A stretch of DNA of 43,707 bases, from positions 1 to 43,707 of the forward strand of contig MCFE01000705.1 in the NCBI GenBank assembly GCA_002104905.1, written 5' to 3'. The notes under the pieces were generated by a model, which saw only the letters and a list, made by a program, of their open reading frames with translations, did not search any database and had not been told where the DNA came from. Below, one piece after another: positions 1 through 9,766 of this stretch. The DNA comes from Basidiobolus meristosporus CBS 931.73 (lineage: Eukaryota > Fungi > Basidiobolomycota). Each line of letters begins with the position of its first letter. Position 1 is the stretch's first letter. A program made the position numbers and the translations under genes.

Positions 1-275
1 GATGTATTCATGGCAGAAGTGGCAACAACCAAGCATATGTTTGCAAGATGTATACACTACCAGCAGTACAAGGTATATGGCAACTTTGCAAGTATCACAC
101 TAAAAAGCCGTAAAGTTGAGGTGATAGAAGTATGTCAATTGTGGCAGGTGTGCATGTTTGTGGAGGTTAGTAAGCAGGAGGCCATATTTTTTTTGATTTG
201 AACTATATGTGAAATACCCAAGGTAGTAATGGGTAAGCAAATAAAGAAAGTTGATTCTACAGTGGAATATATGAA
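1..275 (+). mobile_element. Decayed fragment homologous to the downstream part of the CACTA-like element at ~30220-30490 (inverted copy)
   Basis: The reverse complement of 1-275 aligns by eye with 30220-30490 (shared blocks such as atggcctcctgctt, cacctgccacaattga, tatacatcttgcaaacatatgctt), roughly 75-80% identical. CpG-poor. Confidence 0.6.
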
Positions 276-2110
276 TTGCACAAGGGGAGGTAGAAAAAGG
301 AAATACCATTTGGTAAATTGGTACTGTAGCATTATACAGAACCAGCGGCAGGCTGTCACACTGCCAAGAAAAAGTCATAAGAGTCTTGCTGTGAGGCTGT
401 CAAAATACCGTCAAGTTTCTTGCTATATAAGGCAATTGGAAGTCCTGGCCAACTGGATCCACTCAAAATAGTAATAGAGCGCTGAAACACCACAATAATA
501 CCATGCAAATATTGTCACAGCACCAATCAAAAATTGTCAATTTTTATCCCTTTATTTGGCTGTAAAATTTACAAAACACCATCATGATCTTGTTATAAGA
601 TTGTCAGGAGGGTCACTAATTCCAAGCTGCTGTGATTATGATGATCTCTAAACAGCATCTTGATGGATGATCTGGAATGGATCCACCTGCGGGACCAAAT
701 TATTTTTCATAGGGTAATTTTATAGTTCTTTTCCAGGGCTAAGCAAATTTTATCTAACTTGCACTCAAAGTGGCCTATGGTAACTACATATTAGCTTAGG
801 AGGGAGCAGAGCACTCTTTGGATAGTCCTTCATATTATGTCCCAATGCAGCCCTCTGAACATGTACAATCCCTATTGCCTGTTGGAGATTGCCTAGAGCA
901 AACTGAGCAGTTCATTTAATGTGCTTACAATTGTACATGGCTTGCGGTAAGAAAGACTGATAAAACTTGCGGTCACTTTTCATTAGCAGTAACTCTACCA
1001 CATGATTTGCCTCTAACATTGCTAGAACTATATGCTTGTTTCAATACCAAGGTATTAAGCTTTAGTATTCAATCAAGACCAGACTTGAAATGATTCACTT
1101 TGGCTGCTACACTATCAAAATTAGCCAGCAACCTAGTATAGCTTTGGCTTATTAACAAATGATGTTCAAAGTTGCAGTAAGAAAGGAAAAGACTAATCTT
1201 TGAGAGTTCTGATAAATATATATTTTTGAGAATGTGTAACATTAGCCTCTTTGTCTCCTGCACCATTCCCTCCTTGACAACATTATCTTGATTATAGGTA
1301 TATTCATGTTAAATTGCTTCAAGCATGGAATATAAGCATTTGATGAGGACTTTATGATTCAGTGATTTGTATCTTGCAAATGATGTAATATATAGAACTT
1401 GTAGATGATCCCAATGATGTCCATAGAATGGAAGTGCTAAGTTCCACAGCAAGTTGCAATGATGATGCACTCAAGTTAGTTCCTTACAGAAGTTGTCTAT
1501 ACCATTATGGAGGATAGTGGTTTTGCATCCAAGGGTAGTTACTATGGATAGACAGAAGACTTATCTAGATGGTGATATGAATGGAATCCGTTTATTAAGA
1601 AAGAAATGAAATGATATGGTTTTCCTCTTGATACTATTTATGCAATTGAAACATTGAAATTAGTACTCCTATGATGTTATGGATATTACTATTGATAGTG
1701 TTATTTAATCAAGTTAGCCCACTCAAGACACCAGTCAACCCCAACATAATACAGGTCAGTCAAAAACTGAGTTATGATGATGTAAACTACAGTCTCTATA
1801 ATGGCTTCCTTCTTTATAGCCAGTACAACTTGGCAGATACTCTCCACTACTCATACTCAGCTAGCTCAAAGGGCTTGGAGACACATACTCTTCAAAGAGG
1901 ATGTAACTTATTGCTTGCTAATCCAGTAGAGCTTATTGTCTACTGTTCAGGCAGTAGTAGCTATCATTGATTGACCATATTGTAAGAGTGTCAAAGTGTA
2001 TAGCAAAAGATGCTGGTATAACTCAATAATATGGAATTTATAGTCTTGGAATGCAAAATGGCTCAAGACCCATAGCCCAAGCAATTATTATTGAGGAGAT
2101 CTTGGAATGG
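276..2110. other. CpG-depleted, AT-rich degenerate sequence, probably decayed repeat DNA of unassigned class
   Basis: Only a handful of CpG in ~2 kb versus abundant CpG after ~2110. No ORF with a recognisable motif. Composition resembles the TE block after 27200. Confidence 0.45.
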
Positions 2111-2811
2111 ATAGCGACCATAATGTCAACTGCAGTAAGGCCTTCGAAGAGACTGCGATCTGAACGCAGCGCCTTGGCCACCTCACCCATCTGTAAATTT
2201 TTGCAATTGTTACATAGTTAAATACGGTCCAACGTAATAGAAGGAAAGGCGGCGCGAAGTCCTAAATAGGAAAACATAATTAGCCCACACAACATACCAA
2301 CATTTCGTAGTCATGTGTGTACCTACCTCTATTTCTATTAGTCGGCAGTTGGTTTGGATATAGATCCTGAGCCAGAAGGAAGAATATCATCCCATCACTG
2401 ACGGACTCAACTATTTCCTCTATCCATTATATTCTAAATAGATATTAGGAGAAAAACAAAGCCACAATGGGCTTAGTTGGTATTCAGAACAACACATTAA
2501 TGCCAGCCAATCTTCCACGCAGAGCACTACTTGCCATCACCAAGGCGTCGGACCTCAACCCTGCCGATTATGGCCTATTCTTTGCTTCTGCCGGCATTTT
2601 AATTCAGTATTTTCTCTGGCGAGGGTTAAAATAATGTAGTGTCCCTCCTAACAGATTGCATATGATAAAATACTTGCAACCCAGGTGGGGGGGGGGGGTC
2701 GAACCCACAAGACATTTATATTATAAATAGAGAAGTGATATCGATTAAGCAATTTTATTTATGGGTGATATAGATTATAAATACGTTATCATTCTACCAT
2801 AACTCCGTGTG

Positions 2812-3942
2812 TTACTGACAATTGTCATTACCATTCCCGGTGCCATTACCACCATTGTTTCCCGAATCATTAGCACTAGCACCGTTTCCACTGCCATCTC
2901 CATTACCCCCGTTGCCGTTACCACCGTTTCCGTTTCCAGAGTCATAAGCACCTGTTCCATTTTCACCAGTTTCATTGCCATCATCATTGCCTCCGTTTTT
3001 GTTACCAGCGTTGCTGTTTCCGGAGTCGTAAGCGCCAGCACCGTTGCTACCGTTTCCATTACCGCTATTACTATCTCTATTGCCAATGCTACCTTCCCCG
3101 CTACCACCATTACCATTACCATCTCCATTACCTCCGTTGCCGTTACCGCCGTTTTCGTTTCCACCATTTCCAGAGCCATAGGCACTGGCTTCGTTGCCAT
3201 CGTTTAAATAAATACCAGCTCCGTTCCCTCCATTCCCGTTGCCACCGTTGCTACTGCCGCTATTTCCATCTCCGTTGTCCCCATTTCCAGAGTCATAGGC
3301 GCCGGCTCCGTTACCTCCATTTCCATTACCACCGATTCCGTTTCCACCGTTTCCATTGCCGTCTTCATGGCCTCCACTTCCATCACCACTGTTGCCGTTT
3401 CCAGAGTCGTAAGCGCCAGCACCGTTTCCATTACCGCTATTATCATCTCGATTACCTTCATTGCCGTTACCGTTCCCGCCGTTTCCATTACTACCTCCAC
3501 TGCCAGAGTCATAAGCACCGGCTCCGCTACATCCATTTCCATTACTATCTCCATTACCGCCGTTTCTGTTGCCGCCATTTCCGTTTCCTCCATTACCACC
3601 ATTGCCGTTTCCAGAGTCATAAACACCAGCACCGTTACCGCCGTTGCCATTACCGCCGTTTTCATTACCATCATTGCCAGAGTCGTAAGCAGCAGCACCG
3701 TTACCACCATTTCCACCGCCTTGGTTTCCGTTGCCGCCATTTCCAGAGCCATAGGCACCAGCTCCGTTTCCTCCATTACCATTACCACCATTGCCGTTAG
3801 AATCGCCATTTCCACCATCAAATACATCCGTCACATCATAGGCCCCACCGCTTCTAGCTTGCAATCTCCGATCGAAAGCTGCAGCGTTGATTGCTGCCAA
3901 ACCAGAGAGGAAGCACAAGATTCTAGGAGCGGAGAATTTCAT
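2812..3942 (-). CDS. Secreted Gly/Asn-rich repeat protein, copy 1 (376 aa)
   Basis: Hydrophobic N-terminus MKFSAPRILCFLSGLAAINAAA, a dibasic RR, then GNG/GGNG repeats punctuated by GA-Y-D-SG units, ending in CQ. TATAAATA upstream. Paralogue at 4836-6089. Confidence 0.85.
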   Translation of the reverse strand: MKFSAPRILCFLSGLAAINAAAFDRRLQARSGGAYDVTDVFDGGNGDSNGNGGNGNGGNGAGAYGSGNGGNGNQGGGNGGNGAAAYDSGNDGNENGGNGNGGNGAGVYDSGNGNGGNGGNGNGGNRNGGNGDSNGNGCSGAGAYDSGSGGSNGNGGNGNGNEGNRDDNSGNGNGAGAYDSGNGNSGDGSGGHEDGNGNGGNGIGGNGNGGNGAGAYDSGNGDNGDGNSGSSNGGNGNGGNGAGIYLNDGNEASAYGSGNGGNENGGNGNGGNGDGNGNGGSGEGSIGNRDSNSGNGNGSNGAGAYDSGNSNAGNKNGGNDDGNETGENGTGAYDSGNGNGGNGNGGNGDGSGNGASANDSGNNGGNGTGNGNDNCQ

Positions 3943-4002
3943 TCTATTTTAAAAAGAGATATAGCACTTAGTGGATGCCTTGATATATCTCACTAGAGCT
4001 TC

Positions 4003-4010
4003 TATTTATA
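4003..4010 (-). promoter_or_regulatory. TATA box of Gly/Asn protein copy 1
   Basis: TATAAATA on the minus strand, at the same distance from the ATG as in copy 2 (6150-6157). Confidence 0.6.
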
Positions 4011-4835
4011 CAAATTTACAGCATTAGCCTTTTGGACATAAAGAATATGCACACTGACGCCCCTTTCTTTTTCTAGTTATGTCTCAGCAAGCCAAGGTAC
4101 ATTTCAATGAGTTAACTATCGTAATGAGTCCACCCCCTGCCTGGTGAATTGAGTAAACGAAACCTTCTTCCCCACATTCACCTTAACTTCCTCTACCCCG
4201 TGGCTGGTGAGTTGCATCATATCAAGTAAGCGATGTTTCACTGGCTATTCTGGAGAATCGGGAGTTAGGATCTCGATAACATTTCGGTATTTGCACCAAT
4301 CGAATAGAATATGTTGATATACTGCAACTATGGACAACTGATTAGGAAGGATTTATTTATATAGTGATGTTATTGTAAAAGTGGGAATTACTCTCACCAA
4401 AACGACAAGCAACTCTTTGCTAAACTCTGATATGTAGAGTAACCACCATATAGCGCAAGAATATTTTAAGAAAGGTGAGTAAATACACAACTCATTGCAG
4501 TATTTAGCTCTAGTTTGAGTGCATAGTCCAACCATTTTACAGACAACCTCATTATTCTGGAACATTACTCTCTACTTGGGTAGGGATTAGAGAATGGAAA
4601 TAATCCCAAAAATCGATGAATCTTCGACTGAACTTGGAAAATGACTATTGGAGCCATAGATCAACAAACAGCTTTTAGGTAGGAATTTACTGCTTTCTTG
4701 TATCCTGAGTGGTTAGTGAGGGTTTTTCCACACTTTTTGCCACTGTATTACTTCGGGTCGTGAGTACCAGCTATATTCGATTTTATTTATGGAATTTATA
4801 TATAAAAACTAATTTTAGATTATATGGTTTTACAA

Positions 4836-6089
4836 TTACTGGCAATCGCCGTTACCGGTACCTGCACCACCATTACCATTCCCATTACCTCCGTTTCCAG
4901 AATCATAAGTACCAGCTCCATTTCCTCCATTGTCATTGCCACCACCATTGCCTCCGTTACCATTGCCATTTACATTTCCGCCACCGCTTCCAGTATCATA
5001 AGCACCAGCTCCATTGCCGCCATTGCCGTTACTATCTCCATTTTCTCCATTGCTATTGCCTTCACTACCGTTACCGTTACCATGGTTTCCAGAATCGTAG
5101 GCGCCAGCTCCCTTTCCTCCATTGTCATTGCCGTTGCCATTACCTTCGCTTCCGGAGCCATAGCCACCAGCTCCGCTGCCGCCATTACCGTTACCATCTC
5201 CATTGCCTCCGTTACCAGCTCCATTTCCTCCATTACCATTGCCGCCTCCGTTTCCAGTATCATAGACACCAGCTCTATTGCCGCCATTGCCCTTATTATC
5301 TCCATTTCCACCATTGCCATTGCCTCCGTTACCGTTACCATCATCGCCGTTTCCAGAATCGTAGGCACCAGCCCCATTTTCTCCATTGCCATTGCCACCA
5401 CCGTTGCCTCCGTTACCGTTATTATTGTCACTGTTTCCAGAGTCATAAACACCAGCTCCATTGCTTCCATTGCCACCGTTTCCAGAGTCATGGGCGCCAG
5501 CTCCGTTTCCTCCATTGTCATTGCCGTTGCCATTACCTTCGCTTCCGGAGCCATAGCCACCAGCTCCGCTGCCGCCATTACCGTTACCATCTCCATTGCC
5601 TCCGTTACCGTTACCATTACTATTACCGCCGTTTCCAAAATCGTAGGCGCCAGCTCCCTTTCCTCCATTACCATTGCCACCACCGTTGTCTCTATTACTG
5701 TTTCCAGAATCGTAGGTGCCAGCTCCATTTCCTCCGTTGCCATTACTACCATTACCATCTCCATTACCTCTATTACCGTTGCCATTACCACCATTTCCAG
5801 AGTCATAGGCGCCAGCTCCGTTCCCTTCATTACCTCCGTTGCCGTTACCGCTGTTTCCGTTGTCACCATTTCCAGAGCCATAGGTACCAGCTCCGTTTCC
5901 TCCTTTACCATTACTACCATTGCCGTTAGAATCGCCATTTCCGCCATTTCCACCATTTCCACCATCAAATACATCCGTCACATCATAGGCCCCACCGCTT
6001 CTAGCTTGCAATCTCCGATCGAAAGCTGCAGCGTTGATTGCTGCCAAACCAGAGAGGAAGCACAAGATTCTAGGAGCGGAGAATTTCAT
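4836..6089 (-). CDS. Secreted Gly/Asn-rich repeat protein, copy 2 (417 aa)
   Basis: N-terminal 44 aa identical to copy 1. Same GNG / YDSG repeat grammar, ending in DCQ. Confidence 0.85.
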   Translation of the reverse strand: MKFSAPRILCFLSGLAAINAAAFDRRLQARSGGAYDVTDVFDGGNGGNGGNGDSNGNGSNGKGGNGAGTYGSGNGDNGNSGNGNGGNEGNGAGAYDSGNGGNGNGNRGNGDGNGSNGNGGNGAGTYDSGNSNRDNGGGNGNGGKGAGAYDFGNGGNSNGNGNGGNGDGNGNGGSGAGGYGSGSEGNGNGNDNGGNGAGAHDSGNGGNGSNGAGVYDSGNSDNNNGNGGNGGGNGNGENGAGAYDSGNGDDGNGNGGNGNGGNGDNKGNGGNRAGVYDTGNGGGNGNGGNGAGNGGNGDGNGNGGSGAGGYGSGSEGNGNGNDNGGKGAGAYDSGNHGNGNGSEGNSNGENGDSNGNGGNGAGAYDTGSGGGNVNGNGNGGNGGGNDNGGNGAGTYDSGNGGNGNGNGGAGTGNGDCQ

Positions 6090-6149
6090 TCTATTTTAAA
6101 AAGAGATATAGCACTTAGTGGATGCCTTGATATATCTCAAAAGAGCCTC

Positions 6150-6157
6150 TATTTATA
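6150..6157 (-). promoter_or_regulatory. TATA box of Gly/Asn protein copy 2
   Basis: TATAAATA on the minus strand, positionally conserved with copy 1. Confidence 0.6.
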
Positions 6158-6945
6158 CCAACCTACAGCTTTCCCTTTATGGGCCAGCGAAACATGGGGT
6201 ATCCCGTATGTAAACAAGTGCCCCTTTCCTTTTCCTGCTCTGTCTCATTAAGCCAAGATACAGTTCAGTGTGTTAACTATCAGAATCAACCCAAATTTAG
6301 CCAAAAATGGCGATTGGTAGTTCACCCCCTGCCTTGTGAATTGAGTAAACAACGCCTTATTTGCCATTATATGGTTTACCCCGCACTCGATAAGTGGCAC
6401 ATCATATCAAGAAAGCAGGGCAAAATATTTTACGTGTATATTGCTGGCCGTCCAGGATCTGAACTGAATCGGAACTGGATTTTATTTGCATGTATAGATG
6501 ATTTTATAATGTAGTCCAAAAATTGTACGGGCCAGCGCTTCTGCACAAGCTCTTGACCACTTAAACCACTGACGGAATCAGCAACATCCTAACCATTACC
6601 TCCATTCCGTATCCAGAACCGGTTCATTTCCATTATTAATGCATGCTAGCTCCGATGATTCCAGAACCACCTCTACGGGTATCATCACTAGTCAGGTACG
6701 TAAAGGCAAAGTATCCTGATGCAATGAGCTGAGTCAAACACTTTCAACCACAACTCAATGCCTGTTCATTTATGTATGTCAAGTCTTATTGTGTGGCGTT
6801 GAGAAAGAGAATTCAATTCGGAAATGTTCTAGATAAACAACACCTTTGCCATCGTGGCAAATGATTATGTTATTGAATAGATGTGCTGTTCATAACAATT
6901 ATAATGTATTTCCATCAATCCCTCAGTTCTTTATTATTCCAGCAA

Positions 6946-7479
6946 CTAGTAATTTGGCTCAGCTGGAGGGGCACTATCATCCGTATGAGAGTTTGTGACT
7001 GGGGGAACATCATCAGAATAAGGTTTTGGTTCAGGGGCTGGAGTTGTTGGAGGTTCTGGATTTACAACATAGATCTCAGATTTACCTGATCTGCCTGGCC
7101 TACCAGGTCTTCCTCGCTTTCCTTGTCTCCCCCGCTTCCCCTGTCTTCCACGTCTCCCACGTGGACCTCGTTTTCCAGCAGTTCCGTGCCCGTGCCCGCG
7201 TCCGTGTTTCTTTCCTTTGCTACTGTTTCCCAGATTTAGAGGACTGCCTTGAATTACGGGTACACTTCCGGCAATGCTATGAGAACTGAAGAGAGCGGGG
7301 CCACCACCGTACCGCTTTTCCAGGCGAATGACTTCAGGACCCGGCACCGCGGCTCCACCATCAGTAGTCCCCTGACTGGCAACAGCTGTGCTACCATCTT
7401 CAACTTCCTGACTAGCAACAGGATTGTGAGTAAGAGCAATCGCAACGCTGATCAACAGTAGGGATTTTATGATGGACAT
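6946..7479 (-). CDS. Secreted protein with a cationic collagen-like (Gly-X-Y)12 segment and Pro-rich acidic tail (177 aa from the ATG at 7479)
   Basis: Signal-like MSIIKSLLLISVAIALT. Kex2-like LEKR. GTA GKR GPR GRR GRQ GKR GRQ GKR GRP GRP GRS GKS at 7078-7185. The upstream 52 codons of the listed ORF (TTG/ATG extension) look like promoter/UTR. Confidence 0.7.
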   Translation of the reverse strand: MSIIKSLLLISVAIALTHNPVASQEVEDGSTAVASQGTTDGGAAVPGPEVIRLEKRYGGGPALFSSHSIAGSVPVIQGSPLNLGNSSKGKKHGRGHGHGTAGKRGPRGRRGRQGKRGRQGKRGRPGRPGRSGKSEIYVVNPEPPTTPAPEPKPYSDDVPPVTNSHTDDSAPPAEPNY

Positions 7480-8394
7480 GGAGGGCAGACTGGTGAGGAA
7501 ATGGATGTTCCAATCACTTTTTATGTACTGATTGTGAGTCGCTGCAGGAATGTTGCAATTAGTTTGATTGATACTTTCTATGCAGCCTAGAACTGAGCCT
7601 CTGTAACCCAGTGGTTGTTTTGGCATTTCAAACACTGTGTATCATCTCCATCCCTGTACAGTTGGTGTAGCCCTGGAATCACCGAATAATGATCCCTATG
7701 CTGTGATTTCATACTTGGCCAATCCTCCGGTTCGTTGCGGAAACAATGCAACGATGTTTGGTCAAGTCCTTTTACTATTCATCGTGTTTCATGTGATTAC
7801 CTTATTTTTACTGAATACCTTGAGAGGTAAAAGCGACTTTCTGTTACTGCAAAGACATCATAATCTCATCGTTTTCAAGGCTTCATCAAAGTGAAAGCAT
7901 TTTTCAATATTGGTCAAAGCCCGGTTCAAATCTGTATAGAGTTGTTAGTGTCTACTTGGAATGTATGCTGTCTACTAAAATTCAATTATCCCCATTAACA
8001 AAGTCGATCTACCAGGAGTATTGTAGTATAGAATGCATATAGTGAATAGTGTAAGTAATAACGAGTGAACTAACCAGACAATAGTAAGCCAGAACACATT
8101 GCACCAAACATCTACTCAAACAATGATCGTTTTTGGGTGCATATATCCACATTCCCGAGGAATACTGTCCACAGATACCGATTACTGGTTGATGGTTACG
8201 TGTGGCTGTTCGTATCATGGTGGCTAAACTGTCATAATCATGTATAATCTTAATCGTTCATTTGTTCCGACAAGGGAGCAAGTACCCAGTTGTATCAATA
8301 ATAGATTACCGCTTTAAACATGATTGATGAGAGTTGGTGATGAATTTATTCGAAAAGATTTATTTAACGAATTTTACAGTGACGTGATGGTAGA

Positions 8395-9285
8395 TTAAAA
8401 TTTGTTACCACAACGACCAATGGTGGCAGTGATGTATCCAGAGAAGTCAGTCACTGGCGAGAAAATCGTCATCTCCTGGCCAGCATTGGGTAGATTGAAG
8501 GGGGCAAGGTTGGTAGTAAAGTGGTGACTGTTGGGGAGTGCGTAGTACACATCCTGGACTTCAGGGAACCGCCTCAAGATTAACTCGGCCATACGGTACA
8601 TGGTGGCCTGAACGGAGGCAGAGTCATCGTGAGCGAACACATCCAGGGTGGTCTTGCGCACTCCTTCAAAGATGCGGTCAAATGGAACGTTCTCGACACC
8701 GATTGAGGTGTCGATGTTGTAGTGGGCCTTGACAGTGGTGGAGAAGATTCGGTCATCGGCATCCTGAAGGGTGGTGTTCTCGCAGAGATGGAAGTTGGTG
8801 AAGGAGGAGCCGGTGGTCTTCAACACAAGCAGCCCTTCCAATCCCGATTTGATGCTCACTCTGTCAGCAGCAACAGTAACCCAGGTCTCTCTGGTCTCAC
8901 TGCCATCACGGTAGAAGGAGTGAGGATGCGGCTCACCATTGACATTGATTCTAGCCCAACGTTGTTGGACAATGTGGACACTGGCATGGGTGACGTGGGA
9001 GTACTTGTCAACAAAGTGCTTGCCAAGCTCGTAAGCATAGCGCTCGATGGTCTGGACGTGGTCGGACTTCTTGGCAATAACGTAGCAAGTGTTCTTGACG
9101 GTGTCAGTGGGGACAACCATGCTGTTGTCAGCCTTGGTGTAGGCCTCTTTGAAGTCACCCTCAAGGAGCACTTGGCAGGTGAGCTCGACAATGTCGTTAT
9201 ATTGGGCGGTGTGACGGATAGCCTTGGTGACTCTGACCTTGGCCTTGCCATAGGCTTGACGCTTCAGCTCAGCTGCTCCGGACAT
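8395..9285 (-). CDS. uox: Urate oxidase (uricase) A, 296 aa
   Basis: Uricase motifs YGKAKVR, VPTDTVKNT, VLKTTGSSF, DRIFST, SASVQATMY, LPNSH. TATATAAA at 9332-9339. Confidence 0.95.
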   Translation of the reverse strand: MSGAAELKRQAYGKAKVRVTKAIRHTAQYNDIVELTCQVLLEGDFKEAYTKADNSMVVPTDTVKNTCYVIAKKSDHVQTIERYAYELGKHFVDKYSHVTHASVHIVQQRWARINVNGEPHPHSFYRDGSETRETWVTVAADRVSIKSGLEGLLVLKTTGSSFTNFHLCENTTLQDADDRIFSTTVKAHYNIDTSIGVENVPFDRIFEGVRKTTLDVFAHDDSASVQATMYRMAELILRRFPEVQDVYYALPNSHHFTTNLAPFNLPNAGQEMTIFSPVTDFSGYITATIGRCGNKF

Positions 9286-9766
9286 TTTGTAAGATAGTAG
9301 ATAATTACTACTATCTACGACCTAGTACCACTTTATATACGAGCAGCGGTATTTGCTTCCATCTCCACACATATAGCTTCGGACTGGCGCTAAGACCATA
9401 TTCTAGTCACCTTTAGTCCAGCTCCCAAAATCTGAGTCTAGACTTAGATCAGTAGCTAGTTATGCCAGCTGAATAGATCAGATTTGACTTATTGGACTGG
9501 CGACACGGCAGTTTATGTCACACAGCTCATCTGTGATAGGAGCGAAATTAAAGGATGTGGAGTAGATCTCAATCGTTGAGAATATCTATGTTGGGTGGCA
9601 ACTTGATTTACCCTTCGACGATAGGAGGACAAGTGCGAACAAAGGCCGAGACTACCAGAGAACCGACCCAGCATTATGCTAATGCAAGCCAACTATGTAC
9701 TATATAATCGGGAGAAACCCTCATCACTATTTCACACAGAGCATTAGCCAAACACCCATCCACAAA
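9286..9766. promoter_or_regulatory. Shared divergent (bidirectional) promoter region of the two uricases
   Basis: 481 bp between two outward-facing ATGs. Outward-facing TATA boxes at 9332-9339 (-) and 9701-9707 (+). Confidence 0.65.

Noticed and set aside
1671-1970. 99-aa ORF with a signal-peptide-like start
   Set aside because: Lies in CpG-erased AT-rich DNA, lacks the codon bias of island genes, and has no motif.
2690-2710. B-box/T-arm-like GGGTCGAACCC (and GGTTCAAACC at ~26016)
   Set aside because: No cloverleaf or A-box around either.
2775-6251. Long alternative-frame and antisense ORFs (2809-3207, 3367-3996, 4709-5929, 4824-6251, 3204-3827, 4970-5974)
   Set aside because: Shadows of the 9-bp-periodic Gly/Asn codons, which lack stops in other frames. 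No independent start context or motifs.
6575-6690. Possible relic of a third Gly/Asn gene (aatggaaatg, gaatggaggtaatggt on the minus strand)
   Set aside because: Too short and degenerate to distinguish from chance without an alignment score.
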